Source of the DNA: Squalus acanthias
Lineage: Eukaryota
Direction: 5' to 3'
DNA length: 64,000 nucleotides
NCBI GenBank assembly: GCA_030390025.1
Contig: CM059432.1
Span: 120,282,001 to 120,346,000, forward strand
A program made the position numbers and the translations under genes. The notes under the pieces are model-generated. The model saw only the letters and a list, made by a program, of their open reading frames with translations, was not told the origin of the DNA and did no database searches. Shown here piece after piece: positions 1 to 13,343 of the stretch; the stretch's first letter is position 1; every line of letters starts with the position of its first letter.

Positions 1-423
1 TGTGCCTCATTTTATAATCAATTGTCCTCTGAATGCACCCCAACACCCTTTCGCTTTAGCTATCACTTCATGGCATTGCTCATGACTTTTAGAGATCTAT
101 GTACTAGAACACCCAGATTACTTTCTTTCTCCATCTTCTTTAATGCTTTCCCCTGACGGGTGTATGTATGTTGAGCATTCACCCTGCTCACATGCATAAC
201 ACTGCACTTTTCCAAATTAAACATAATTTGCCAGTCACAAGATCAATTCCCCAACACATCAAGATCCGCCTGAGGCAGTAGGGCATCATCGACAGTCCTA
301 ACACCCGCATAGATCTTAGTATCATCTGCAAATTTGCAGATCATCATGCCTCCAACACCTACATCTAGATCATTAATAAAACTAGTAAAGAACAACGGTC
401 CCAACACCAATCCTTGCAGGACA
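1..423 (-). mobile_element. CR1 LINE RT fragment (3' part), split by a solo LTR
   Basis: Minus strand reads QGLVLGPLFF..FINDLD..KFADDTK. It joins 2114 onward (RSFTSGV|LQG) when 424-2113 is removed. Confidence 0.9.
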
Positions 424-2109
424 TGTAAGGGATTCTGACCCTGCGTATCTCGCAGCCTGTGAGATTCACGCGGCTCTGTGCAGCCTGTATGTCAGTGCGG
501 GTCTCGGCCTTGTTGCCTGTTCTGGTCTCCAGCCAGTCTGGGAACACTAGACACACCTGTGAGTGGTTCGAATCACTCTCCCTTACGGTTCTAGACACTG
601 GACTTAGATGCGAGAGCAGTAATGGAGATGAAACTCATGTAGACTTGGTTTGAATGGTACGAAATGGAAAATCTTTATTGCATGATACTTAAGATTATGA
701 AATACATGTCATAAGCACAGATTGATGACAGTACAATCTTACAAACAGTTATATAGTCGATCTTAGGGAAACGAGGAACGAACGGCACAAAGTAAATAGG
801 GGCACACATTACAAATATCCTTAATCCTTAAACCCTCCCCTATCAATATCTATCCTAAACTAGATTCGTAGGATTTCGAGACTCATGCTCACCACTCGTG
901 ATAACTCGGAGAAATTCCGAATAGCTGATCGGATGCTTTTCACCGCAGCACCCACGTGTCGGTCAGGAGATCTCCTGGTCCCACTTGTTTACTTGCTTCT
1001 GCTGCTCCGGCTAGCAGGCTGGACCGTCTGCTGTGATGAAGACCTGTGTTGGTTGGTTTAACAGGTACTTTTCGAGCACAGTTGTCAATATCATCGATAC
1101 GATATGTTTCCTTGCAAGTTCGAAGAAGTCTTCCTGGCAAGGAAAACTTGGATAATCGACCTACAGGCGCGGTCGGGATTTACTGACCGTGGCGATGGAT
1201 ATGGTCTTCCTCTCTTCTCATCTCATCTCATCTCATCTCATCTCGGGCCTTCGGTTCCGCTGCCAGTTACCAACATAGGTCTTCGTTACGCGACACGAGG
1301 TAGATCCGAACGGATCAGAAAGTTCAACAGTCCTTTTCAGAAGAGGCAACAGGCAAGCAGGAGCGAGCCCAACTACGAGTACACAGGAGCAGCCACGAGG
1401 TTACGAATCGATCGGATAAGAGCACAGGAGCAGCCACGATGATAAGAGCAGCAAGAGAGCAGCAAGAGCAGCAAGAGAGCGAATGGACGGTTTGGAGCCT
1501 GCAGTTATAGTGCAAAATCTTCCGTTTCCCGCCCAACTATAATGTCCATTCTTTTGTTTAGGGTTTGGCGCTCAAATGTCTTGTATGGGTGATCTCCGTT
1601 CTTAATGGGTTTCGGGGCTACTCGTAAATGTCTGAGTACCTGTTAATATTTCTCCCATTGTTAAATCGGTCGGTGTTCTCCCTGGAGGGGTTTGGGGCTT
1701 CCAAGTGTCCTGTATAACTACCTGCTAACGGCTCTCTCATCGTAGAGTCGTTGGGATTTTACATATTAATGTCTTTTGGATGGGCCCTTGATTACTCGGT
1801 ACAATGGCTTTCCTTTGTACCTGGGAGACCGATTTCAGTATCTATGTGTATACTGCAAACCCATAATGTCTCGTGTATTATCTTCACTGTGCTGAATCTT
1901 AATCGATCTTGCACAAATGTTTATTGGAACGCCATCTTGTCTGCCTGTTGAAAAGTCTAGAATGTTCTGTCACGAGGTGCGGCGGCCATTTTACAGGCTG
2001 CTTGTGTCCACTTTAAACCTGCCAGCATTCTACTGAAATAAAAGCTGTTTGAACGAAACTTTGTGTTTTCTCCTTATTAATAAAATCGCGATATATTGCG
2101 AATTCTACA
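424..2109 (-). mobile_element. Solo LTR, 1686 bp (ERV/Gypsy-type)
   Basis: TGTA...TACA termini. 4-bp TSD GACA (420-423 / 2110-2113). Clean insertion into CR1 RT. AATAAA on minus at 679-674. Homologous to 48703-50359. Confidence 0.9.
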
Positions 2110-3070
2110 GACACCACTGGTGAACGATCTCCAAACAGATCTAAATCCAACTATAACTACTTTCTGCCTACGTCCTTCCAGCCAGTTCTCAATCCAGCTC
2201 AATATATTACCACTAATACCAAAGACTGTGAACTTGTAGAGAAGCCTCTTCTGCGATACCTTATCAAAAGCTCTTTGGAAGTCTAAGTAGACAATGTCGA
2301 CTGGGCTTCCCTCATCCACCATCTTGGTGACTTCATCAAAAGAAAATCAAATTTGTAAGACAGGACCTCTTTTTGAAGCCATGTTGGGTGTCCCTGATAT
2401 CACCCTCGCTATTCAAGTAATCATATGTTGCATCCCTAATGATTCCCTCAAGCATCTTTCCTATTACTGATGTCAAACTAATGGGCCTATAGTTACCTGG
2501 ATCTGTCTTGTCACCTTTTTTTAAAGATGGGGACTACATTAGCCTCCTTCCAGTCTGCAGGAACCATTCCAGAGTGCAGTGAGCTATTAAAAATATGGGC
2601 AAGGGGCTCATACAGCACATTTCCAATTTCCCTGAGGACCCTCGGGTGGATATCATCCGGCCCGGCTGATCTATTTATTTTCAAGTACTTAAATCTATCT
2701 AAAACAATATGCTCATCTAAGTTAATATTATTAGTTTTATTATTAACATTATCATTAAATTATGACAGTCAAGCATCACCTTCAAGAGTGAAGACCGATG
2801 CAAAGTACTCAATTAATATTTCCGCCATACTCAGTGAGTCCTTCGTAACCTGTCCTTGAACATCCTTCAATGGCTCAATACAGTCTTTGACAATTCTCTG
2901 ACTCTTCACATAACTGAAAAAGCTTTTTCCCTTACTTCAACAATTGTCTACACTCCTCTTTCCCATTATCCTTTTAGCTGATCTAATAGCAGCCTTTGCT
3001 TACATTAGCCGTTCCTTGTACTTAACTCTGTTTAGTTGAGTGTTAGATGCCTTTAATTTGTAGACATTAT
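2110..3070 (-). mobile_element. CR1 LINE ORF2 fragment (5' part of RT), decayed
   Basis: ORF 2077-2322: VDIVYLDFQRAFDKV..WIENWL. NYRPISLTS motif near 2470-2500. Confidence 0.9.
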
Positions 3071-3550
3071 AAGATCACTGACCACTGGAGATCAAAGGTT
3101 TGGAGCACATACAGGAAGTGGAGGAAGGAGAGGCCTCCCCCAAACTGAGGGCTAGTGCCTCCTTCACTTCCCATGTTTTTACTGCTTCCTCATTTAATTA
3201 CTGACACAGGCAGACACTCAAACATAGTATACTGTCATGTAAGCAGTGATTGAAAGGGTGTTACAAGCAGTATTTTAATGTTTCTTTCTCCTCCGTTGCT
3301 GTAGCTGCTATAAAGGAGCAGTCACATCTCCCAGGACTACACAAGAAGCCAACACATTGCTGCACCCTGTGCTATTCACTCCACCTATCACAAGCACCAG
3401 GACAGGACATTTACCCCAGGGTATTTAGATAATGAGCTTGAGGAGGTGCAGCTGGTGCCCAGAGATCTTCTCCCATCCAGCGGCAGGGGTAATACTATAG
3501 TGAGCTTGGGTGAAGCAGCTTATCTCCCCCTTTCCTGTAGAAATGATAGC

Positions 3551-3886
3551 AAAAAGAAAAGAAAGACTTGCATTTATATAGCATCTTTCACAACCTCAGG
3601 ACATCCCAAAGCGCTTTACAGCAAATAAAGTACTTTTAAAGTGTAGTCACTGCTGTAATGTATGAAACGTAGCAGCCAATTTTCATACAGCAAGGTCCCA
3701 CAAACAGCAATGTGATAATGACCAGATCATCTCTTTTAGTGATGTTCGTTGAGGGGTAAATTTTGGCCAGGACACCGGGCTGAACTCCACTGCTCTTCTT
3801 CAAATTGTTCCATGGGATCCTTTACATCCACCTGAAAGGGTAGCCTGGGCCTTAGGTAAAGATCTCATCCAAAAGACGGCACCTTG
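3551..3886 (-). mobile_element. DeuSINE/SacSINE1-like SINE, 5'-truncated
   Basis: Aligns to the fuller copy at 35983-36432; L2-like tail (rc of aaagacttgcatttatatagc). Confidence 0.8.
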
Positions 3887-4844
3887 GTGGAGGGCATCGC
3901 ACACCCGTTATATAGCCCATTCAACGTTTCTTTTATTGAAATCAATGGGATGAAAATCAGGCGGGTTCTATAATGTGTGGGCACTCTGCTCTGCCACATT
4001 ACCGCCCACAAAGTGAAGATGGAAAATTGCCCCACCCTGTTTTCTAAAAACAAATGGAATGAGCATCTGAATTGAACTAGATTTTTATAGGCTCTGAATG
4101 AGACTGAAGCTTCAATCAGACTGAAGATAAATGGTCACCATAGACACATAAGCCCAGATTTTCCATTTGATGTTATCTTAACAGCGGTGGCTACCAATTG
4201 AAAATGAATTGGTTAATGTCAGAATTAAAATAACATCAATCAGAAAATCTAGGCTAGAGTTCTACCTGACACACAGGAAGGAAGTTGTCAAGAGTCCAGT
4301 CATCACAGCCCCAGCACTTGTGGCGCTGGGTTGGTGGCAGAAAATGGGCCAGCTCACACCTCTGTCAGGATTCTGCCACATTTCAATTAGACCTTGCAAT
4401 TCCAGTGGGGAGGGGATATTGAGGAGAGTCCTTGAGCTTTCCTGGAAAATTCCAACCCTAAATCCCCTTGAAAGGCCTCAGCACAACTCACACCAGTGGA
4501 GACCTGACACAAGTCCTTTGCAGGCCTACCAAGGGCCCCAAATATTTACAAGAATAAGGTAATGGATCCCTGGGGGACTGATCACCTTCTCTTGTCAGAG
4601 TGGCTCCAATGGAAGCCGAAATTTTTTTTTACTTCTTCAGCCAGTTGTTTCTCCAGAGGACACTCCTACCTCCTGCCTCTTGCAAGGACAGATCAGTTTG
4701 GGATGTGGAAACCGCCACTGATGCTCCCTTGCGGGTGCCAGCAGCCCTTCCCGGCTACGGGACGGGTTGTCCATCGGAGTGGGACCCCAGGAATTTCCAT
4801 GCCGACATGTTTAAAGGTGTTGGACAAAAGAGATTATGAGGGTC

Positions 4845-4992
4845 TTCCTCAGAGCTGCGCCTGCTCTGCTGCTGTAACTTAGTCAGAAGTGCAGCAGAAA
4901 CCCCGTTTACGCACTCGAGCTGGATTTCCGCCGCACTTCTAGGGAAGTTACATCAACGCAGTGGGAGCAGCTCTGAGGAAATTCCTGGCCCA
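4845..4992. mobile_element. Short palindromic MITE
   Basis: ttcctcagagctgc...gcagctctgaggaa with inner arms tgtaactt/aagttaca and agaagtgc/gcacttct; right end aattcctggccc resembles the Harbinger-type TIRs seen elsewhere in the window. Confidence 0.65.
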
Positions 4993-5271
4993 GGTGTTTG
5001 TTTTTAATCAAGATTATATAGATTTCCAGTTTTCAACGTAGATCTGATTTACTATTTTATTATCTTCACGCTAGCTTCCATTCTTTAAGCGCTGTAACCA
5101 AACACTTTAACACAAACTTAGTGCAAGATCCTCAAGTTTTGTGTTCAATAATCTATCAATCTTGGGTTGCAACAAATATATTTCCAATTGTGACCGGTTC
5201 TTTTAAAAAAAAAATAAACTCAGAACAATCTTCCAGAAAGAAATTGAACATTAAAGCATGAGTCAATTCTC

Positions 5272-6718
5272 CCATGTAACAGCCCTATTTAAGAAAGGAG
5301 GGAGACAGAAAGCAGGAAACTATAGATCAGTTAGCCTAACATCTGTGGCTGGGAAAATGCTGGAGTCCTTCATTAAGGAAGCAGTAGCAGGCATTTCAAA
5401 AATCATAATACAGTCAAGCAGAGTCAGCATGGTTTTATGAAAGGGAAATCATGTTTAACAAATTTGCTGGAGTTCTTTGAGTATGTAACGAGCAGGGTGG
5501 ATAAGGGTGAACCAGTGGATGTGGTGTATTTGGATTTCCAGAAGGCATTCGTTAAGGTGCCACATAAAAGGTTACTGCATAAGATAAGAGCTCACGGAGT
5601 TGGGGGTAATATATTAGCATGGATAGAGAATTGGCTAACTAACAGAAAGCAGAGAGTCGGGATAAATGGTCATTTTCCGGTTGGCAAACGGTAACTAGTG
5701 GGGTGCCACAGGGATCGGTGCTGGGGCCTCAATTATTTACAATCTACATTAGTGATTTGGATGAAGGAACCGAGAGTAATGTAGCCAAGTTTGCGGATGA
5801 TACAAAGATGGGTGGGAAAGCAAGTTGTGCAGAGGACTCAAAGAATCTGCAAAGGGATATAGACAGGCTAAGTGAGTGGGCAAACATTTGGCAGATGGAG
5901 TATGATGTGGGAAAGTGTGAGGTTATCCACTTTGGCAGGAAAAATAAAAAAGCAAATTATTATTTAAATGGAGAGAGATTACAAAATGCTACAGTTCAGA
6001 GGGACCTGGGGGTCCTTGTGCATGAAACACGCACGCAGGTACAGCAAGTAATCAAAAAGGCAAATGGAATGTTGGTCTTTATTGCAAGGGGGTTGGATTA
6101 TAAAAGCAGGCAAATCCTGCTACAACTGTACACGGTATTGGTGAGACCACACCTTGAGTACTGCGTACAGTTTTGGTCTCCTTATTTAAAGGAAGGATAT
6201 ACTTGCATTGGAGGCAGTTCAGAGACGATTCACACAGTTGATTCCTGAGATGAGGCGGTTGACTTATGAAGAAAGGTTGAGCAGGTTGGGCCTATATTCA
6301 TTGGAATTTAGAAGAATGAGAGGTGATCTTATTGAAACATATAAGATACTGAGGGGGCTCGACAAGGTAGATGCAGAGAGGATGTTTCCACTCGTGGGGA
6401 AATCTAGAACTCGGGGGCATAGTTTCAGAATAAAGGGTCACCCTTTTAGAACTGAGATGAGGAGGAATTTCTTCACTCAGAGGGTCATAAATCTGTGGAA
6501 TTCTCTGCCCCAGAGAGCCGTGGAGGCTGGGTCATTAAATGCATTTAAGGTGGAGATAGACAGATTTTTACAAGATAAGGGAGTGAAGGGTTATGGGGAG
6601 TGGGCAGGGAAGTGGCTTTGAGCCCAAGATCAGCCATGATCTTATTGAATGGTGGAGCAGGCTCGAGGGGCCAAGTGGCCTATTCCTGCTCCTATTTCTT
6701 ATGTCCTTATGTTCTTAT
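5272..6718 (+). mobile_element. CR1 LINE, 5'-truncated, frameshifted RT plus 3' tail
   Basis: ORFs 5437-6621: YLDFQKAF, PQGSVLGP, KFADDTK, RPHLEYC. Tail ttcttatgtccttatgttcttatg. Confidence 0.95.
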
Positions 6719-8981
6719 GCTGAAGTGTCATGGTGTTATTCATCCATCACTTCTCTGTTCGTAGATAGTTGTTTGTCACCTCAGTATTGGAAATGTTATT
6801 TTGTTAACTTGCTCAATATTTGGTGTAGTGGGTTCTTGCTGTACTTGAGCAATTGCTTTCAAAAAGGCACTGCTCTAGTAAAATTCAAGATCGTTGTACT
6901 CAATGTCTTGTTTTTTCACCATCTTAATTGCAGTAGCTCTCCTGCTCCACCCTAGTTCAGGACAAGCTTTCTGTTTACACGTATGCATGGAGTGATGGAC
7001 ACAATAGGATGCAAAGAAAATATTTTATTAAGATGCAAGGAAAACAGGTTTTTTTAACTGTTATAGCCCAGCCTACATGCCAATGTTACTGATAGAGAAT
7101 GCTGGAAATATTCAGCAATTCATTGGCATCTGATAAAAAGGTTAACATTTCAGTGCAGACTCTTTATCATGACTAAAAACTGGAAGATATGTGTGTCCCT
7201 TTACTGTACTGAACAAAAGAAAAGGCGAAGGGAGACAAAACAGGCAAAAGTCAAGAGTCCGATATGCTGACTGCTGTCACAAAGAGACAGATACTCGCCT
7301 TAATAATCTGTGAAATGGTTTTCTAAAATGCTGGAAAGAGGGTAAAATCTGCGGAATGATATATAAAGTCCAGTCCGGCTGTAATGGAACTGGGATCAGA
7401 TTCTAACATCTCTGTATTACAGGTAAATTCTCTAATCGTGCGCTCGAAGGGCGTGTGGGTCAGTGGCAGAGCTATAATATTGTGGCACGGATTCTGCAAC
7501 CTGTACTTCCTTTGACTGCAACTCCCACTGGGAGTACAGAATCAATTGATTTTTACTTATGTTTCTCATGTGAAATTGTAGCAAGGCCAAGGTGTTGAGA
7601 GTTTTAAAATGGAATCTAAGGTTGCTGTTCATGTTTACTTCTCTTTCTGGCTTCAGAACCTGTGGGTAAAGTTAATGTAAAATCACTATCAATGCTAGGT
7701 GGCTGTACTTCTTCTTTATATTATTGCTGACAGAGAGGCCCCTATCAGGATGAAATGGTTTGACTTGAATATGTCCAGTGCACAACAGGTTAAGCCATCC
7801 ATCACCAAACCTGGCTTGAACCACATCAAGACCTCTGCCAAAGCTGTCCACTATTCCAGGATTATCCTGGAGATCAGAGATAACCCCCAGCTTCTGTTCT
7901 CTACTGACCAACCGTATTCTTGAAGCCCTCTCCCCTGCCCACTCCACCAGCATCTTCAGCAATAAGTGTGAGGAGCTCATGGACTTCTTTGTTACTAAGA
8001 TTGAGGCTATCTATTCAGTTGGCCTGGTGCACCCCCTCCAACCCCCCCATCCCTTTCTCCTTGCCCACCAAGCCAAAACTCTCCACAGGCTCCCCTCTGC
8101 TCTAGCCCCAAACTGCGTCGCTCTCTAGTTGCTCCCCCATCTCCCCTTATGCCCTCTCCGAGCTCATCTCGTCCATGAGCCCTACCTCCTTTTCTCTTGG
8201 CTCCAGGGCCACTAAACTGCTGATCACTCAGCTGCCCTTCCTGCACCTCATACTAGCTGACATTGTAAGCGGTTCCCTCTCCTCAGGTACGAATCCCCCC
8301 ACCTTCAAAGCTGCTGTCATCACCCCCTCCTCAAAAACCACACACCTATGACCCTTCTCTCCTTGCCAACAACTACCCGTAGGCTTCCTTCCCTTTCCTC
8401 TCCAAAGTCCTTGAACATGTTGTCCTATCTTTTTAGTAACTCCATGCTTGAATATCTCCAATCAGGTTCCAGCTCCTGCCATAGCACTGAAATAACCCTC
8501 TAACCAAAGACACAAATTATATCTTCTATAACTGTTACCATTGTGCATAACCCTTCTTTGCCCTCCTGTCCTCTCTACAGTCTTTAACATGGTTGACTAC
8601 ACCACCCTCCTCCAATTCCTCTCCTCCATTGTCCAGCTCAGGGGGACTTCCCTCGCCTGGTCCTACTCTTACGTATTCAATTGTAGCTGGAGCATTCTCT
8701 GCAATGGCTTCTCTTTCCGCTCTGACAGCTTTACCTCTAGATTCCCTCAAGGATCTATCCTTAGCCCCCTACTCTTCCTCATCTACAAGCACTTCCTTGT
8801 CAACATCATCCACAGACATGGTGTCATCTTCCAAATATAAGCTGGCAACACCCAGCTGAACCCCTCCACTATCTCTCTCGACCTCTCCAGTCCCTCTGTG
8901 TTGTCAGACTACTAGTCCAACATCCACTTTCGGATGAGCCACAATTTTCTCCAGCTAAACATTGGGCAGATCAAATCCATA

Positions 8982-9874
8982 GGGGGAGAAATTCAGTATC
9001 GCCCCAGTTGGGGCGCAATTATCGTCCAGGCGCAAAGATTAGCGCCTGGCGCTAATTATCGCCACCGACTGCAAACTTGACTTTTATCGCCCCTGGAAGT
9101 GATTGGAGCGCTAAATCAGGCGCTTCACACCTGTCTTAAGGCGCAAAGGCCGAGGAGCGAGGCGCTACCTCAGAGTGCTGGCGAAGCTCATGTGATGTCA
9201 GTCAGCAATGGAACACAGACACAATGGCGCGGGCCAGTTCTTAAAGGGGAGGGTTGATCTTGCTTTCCATCCACATCCTGCACATTGCAGCCTTGAATCT
9301 CGGCCTGGAGAGACCTGCACATCAAATCTGCTGGAAAGAACAATGGAGAGGCCCAGGGAAAGAGCTCAGAGTGCAGCCCCCACAGTCTCTTCTAAATCGA
9401 TACAAGGAAGGGCAAATCAAAATGAACCTGCAAAATGCTGCTCAGTAGCTAAAACTCCTTCACACAGCGTTGAATCTCTCCAGAAGTCTCTCTCTTTCTC
9501 TCTCAGAATGCGTGGTTCTAAAATGTCACCAACAATAAAAGGCTGGAAGCGGTCACCTTTAAATAGCGCTCCCCCAGTCCCTTCCTGACTGCAAAACGCT
9601 CCCCTCAACCTGTCGTTGCTAGCGGCAGGCGGTAAGGCAGGGGGCGCCACTCAATATCCGCTCCGGGGCGATACCGGGGTGTTGCGCACTCGACTGACGT
9701 CACGATCTGCCGGCGCAGGAGATCGTGGCGGTAGTGTTTAGCGCCGCCGCAAAATGTCTAGCTAATTTCGCGAGCGGCGCAAACATCGCCGCGCCCGGGT
9801 GCTAGACTCTTTACGCCCCATTAGCGCCCTCTTAAGGCGCTAACGGGAGGCGCAACCAACTGAATTTTTCCCCC
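8982..9874. mobile_element. PIF/Harbinger-derived MITE (GC-rich family A)
   Basis: TIR gggggagaaattcagt / actgaatttttccccc. Flanks ata/att. Removal restores the L2. Internal MERPRERA resembles the Myb-protein N-terminus. Confidence 0.85.
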
Positions 9875-9969
9875 ATTGTCTTTGGCCCCCACCACAAACT
9901 CTGCACCTTGTCACTGATTCCATCGCACTCCGTGGCCACTGTCTCAGGTTGAATCAGACTGTTCACAAC

Positions 9970-10102
9970 CAATGTTTCCTGTAACTTTTTTTCGTGCATG
10001 GGCCCTTTAACTGGCTGCGCGGCCTGTTCAAATTTTCGCGCACGCGCTGTTTCTTCTTTTTAAAAACTGGTGAGCGGCCTTCACAGGACCTCCAGACCAC
10101 TG
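9970..10102. mobile_element. Small hAT-like non-autonomous element
   Basis: CA...TG ends; 8-bp TSD ttcacaac (9962-9969) / ctcacaac (10103-10110); inserted in the L2. Confidence 0.6.
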
Positions 10103-11499
10103 CTCACAACCTCCGTGTCCAATTCCACTCCAAGCTGTGATTACAACGCCATATCCTCTCCATCACAAAGACCGGCTACTTTGGATCAGGTTTCTACCAC
10201 TGCCACAGCCACAGCATCTGCAGCAATGATTTCTCTTCTTCTTCCCACTCCGTTAAATCTGGAGTCCTCTAGGAACTATCCTTCACCCCCATATCCTGTC
10301 CATCCCAATGACCACCTACATTTACCTCCGTAACATTGCCCCCTTCTGCTTCATGTCAGCCCATCTGCTGCTGCAATTCTTATCTATGCCTTTGTTACTT
10401 TTAGACTCAACTATTCCAATCCTCTCCTGGCCAGCCTCTCATCCTCCATCCTCCATAAACTTCAGCTTATCCAAACTTCTGCTGCCCATAACTTATCCTG
10501 CACCACATCCTGCTCACTCATCTCCCCTGTCCTCACTGACCTACATTGGTTTCCAATCCCTGACACTTCAAAATTAAAATTCTCATTCTCACGCTTATAG
10601 CCTTTCAAACCCTCAACCCTTCCTATCTCTGTACTCCTTCAGCCCTACAACTCCTGCTCCCTCTCCCTCCTGCCCCAAACCATCTGTTCCTCTGACTCTG
10701 GTTTCTTGTGCATCCCACTCTCTCCTTGCCATGACTTCAGCAGTTTAAGCCCCAGGCATGGAATGCATTTGCTAAATCCTTCTGTCTCTCCACCTCCTTC
10801 TCCTCCTTTAAGACCCTACTTAAAACCCACATCTTTGACCCAGCTGCTGTTCACTCCTCCCAATATCTCTTTCTTTGGCTCAACGTCCATTTTTTCCCTG
10901 TTGTTGAAATATACAGTCTGTCAGCATAGTGTTTTTCCACATCTTGACAGAGACCAGAAGTACCTGATTGCATCCGATACTATTTCTGGTGTGACCCAAG
11001 GGTACTAGAGTAAATTGTTTGCCCTGAGGCATACTGCGTCCCATTCACGACACACATAAGGTTAAATTTAGTTTCATAGAAGGTGCAGGCCTCCCTAAGG
11101 TAAACAGTAAAGTGTTTAGCAAGAAATCTGAATAGTAACACAGGTGATGAAAAGGCATCAGAGTCAGAGGAACTTGGCTATATTTTCTGAGTTATTTTCA
11201 TGCTTTGTTTTTGTTCCTTTAACGCCTTTTCACTGAATAGGATGACCTTTATATATCATTAGTAGTTTCCCACCATGTTCAGGCTCTTTAAAAAACCTTG
11301 CTGTCAGACTGCTAAAACCATCAATTGTCTCTTCGTGACAGGAGTAAGCACATTTTGGATTTTTACCTGTTGTTCTCTATCCTCATTTTATGAAGGGGAT
11401 TATCTTCCAGTTTTCTAGTTTTGATGAATGGTTAATTTATCTTTATTTTCCCAAAGCTGGTAGACCTGCTGTGCATTTCTAGCATTTTGGGTTTTATAC

Positions 11500-12071
11500 A
11501 TAGGCACATCGAATACAGAAGCAGAGTAGGGATGTGGAATGTCTACAAGACACTGGTTCTGGTTGCAGGTGGAGTACTGTGTGCAGTTCAGAACACCCCA
11601 TTATAGTAAAGATATTAGAGCCATGGAGAGGGTACAGCGAATATTCAACAGAATGATACAAGGAAGGAGAGGCTATGGTTAGGAAGAAAAAATTGAAAAA
11701 TTGGGGATTTTTTCATTGCATCAGATCTAACAAAGGGAATCAAACTTATAAAAGATTTTGAGAGGTTATTAGATTGTTTTTATTGATTGATGAATCAGAA
11801 ACAACAGGTTACAAACTTTAAACTTGTCACTAGAATGACAAAGGGAGCAGTTAGAAGAATACATTTAACACAGAGGGTTATTAGAAGCTGCAATGCTTTA
11901 CCACGTGCGGCTGTTCATTTAAAAGAAAAACTTAAAACAAATTTAAAATAAAGTATTGTGGCAATTTGGGTAATTGAGAGGTGGTGGTGAATCTGAACAA
12001 CCTGCAACAAAAAAAGGGGATAAAATTTGATTATTCCAGTTAAAAAGCTGGCAAAGGTACAATGGGCCAAA
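11500..12071 (+). mobile_element. Old CR1 3' fragment
   Basis: ggagtactgtgtgcagttc (EYCVQF) and gagagggtacagcga motifs, heavily decayed. Confidence 0.7.
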
Positions 12072-13307
12072 TAACAACAACAACAACAACAACTTGTATT
12101 TATATAGCGCCTTTAACATAGTAAAACATCCCAAGGCGATGCACAGGAGTATTGTAAGACAAAAAATTTGACACCGAGACACATAAGGATAAATCAGGGC
12201 AGGTGACCAAAAGCTTGGTCAAAGAGGTAGGTTTTAAGGAGCGTCTTAAAGGAGGAAAGAGAGGTAGCGAGGCGGAGAGGTTTAGGGAGGGAATTCCAGA
12301 GCTTAAGGCCTAGGCAACAGAAGGCACGGCCACCAAAGGTTGAGCGATTATAATCAGGGATGCTCAAGAGGGCAGAATTAGAGGAGCGCAGATATCTCGG
12401 AGGGTTGTGGGGCTGATGGAGATTACAGAGATAGGGAGGGGCGAGGCCATGGAGGGATTTGAAAACAAAGATGATAATTTTGAAATTGAGGCGCTGCTTA
12501 ACCGGGAGCCAATGTAGGTCGGCAAGCATAGGGGAGATGGGCGAACGGGACTTGGTGCGAGTTAGGACATGGGCAGCCGAGTTTTGGATGAGCTCTAGTT
12601 TACGTAGGGTGGAATGTGGGAGGCCAGCCAAGAGTGCGTTGGAATAGTCAAGTCTAGAGATAACAAAGGCATGGATGAGGGTTTCAGCAGCGGATGAGCT
12701 GAGGCAAGGGCACAGACAGGCGATGTTACGGAGGTGGAAGTAGGCGGTCTTTGTAATGCTGCGGATATGTATTCGGAAGCTCATTTCAGGGTCAAAGATG
12801 GCACCAAGGTTGCGAACAGTGTGGTTCAGCCTCAGACAGATGTTAGGGAGAGGAATGGAGTCAGTGGCTAGGGAACAAAGTTTGTGGCAGGGACTGAAAA
12901 CAATGGCTTCTGTCTTCCCAATATTTAATTGGAGAAAATTTTTGCTCATCCAAACTGTATGTCAGACAAGCAGTCTGACAATTTAGAGACCATGGATGGG
13001 TCAAGAGAAGAGGTAGTGAGGTAGAGCTGGGTGTCATCAGCGTACATGTGGAAACTGACGCTATGTTTTCGGATGATGTCACCAAGGGGCAACATGTAGA
13101 TGAGAAATAGGAGGGGGCCAAGGATAGATCCTTGGGGGACACCAGAGGTAACGATGCGGGAGCGGGAAGAGAAGCCATTGCAGGTGATTCTCTGGCTACG
13201 ATTAGATAGATAAGCATGGAACCAGGCGAGTGCAGTCCCAACCAGCTGGACGACAGTGGAGAGGCATTGGAGAAGGATGGAATGGTCAACCGTGTCAAAG
13301 GCCACAG
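12072..13307 (-). mobile_element. L2 LINE 3' portion with (TTG)n tail
   Basis: ORFs 12946-13395 (AFDTVDH, GVPQGSILGP, YADDTQLY) and 12194-12949 (SRLDYSN, LHWLPV, FKTLLKTYLF). Confidence 0.95.
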
Positions 13308-13343
13308 ACAAATAGCCTCCTAAGCTGCTCAGCAAGGAACTCC

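Larger units (their letters stand above)
7780..10885 (+). mobile_element. Decayed L2 LINE (RT region), interrupted by MITEs
   Basis: PQGSILSPLLFLIY (ORF 8541-8840); C/T-rich body aligns to the L2 at 12072-13307. Confidence 0.85.

Noticed and set aside
7095..7175. Additional hammerheads in older Penelope-like copies (also 14868-14890, 11415-11490)
   Set aside because: The CUGANGA or GAAA core is mutated or deleted.
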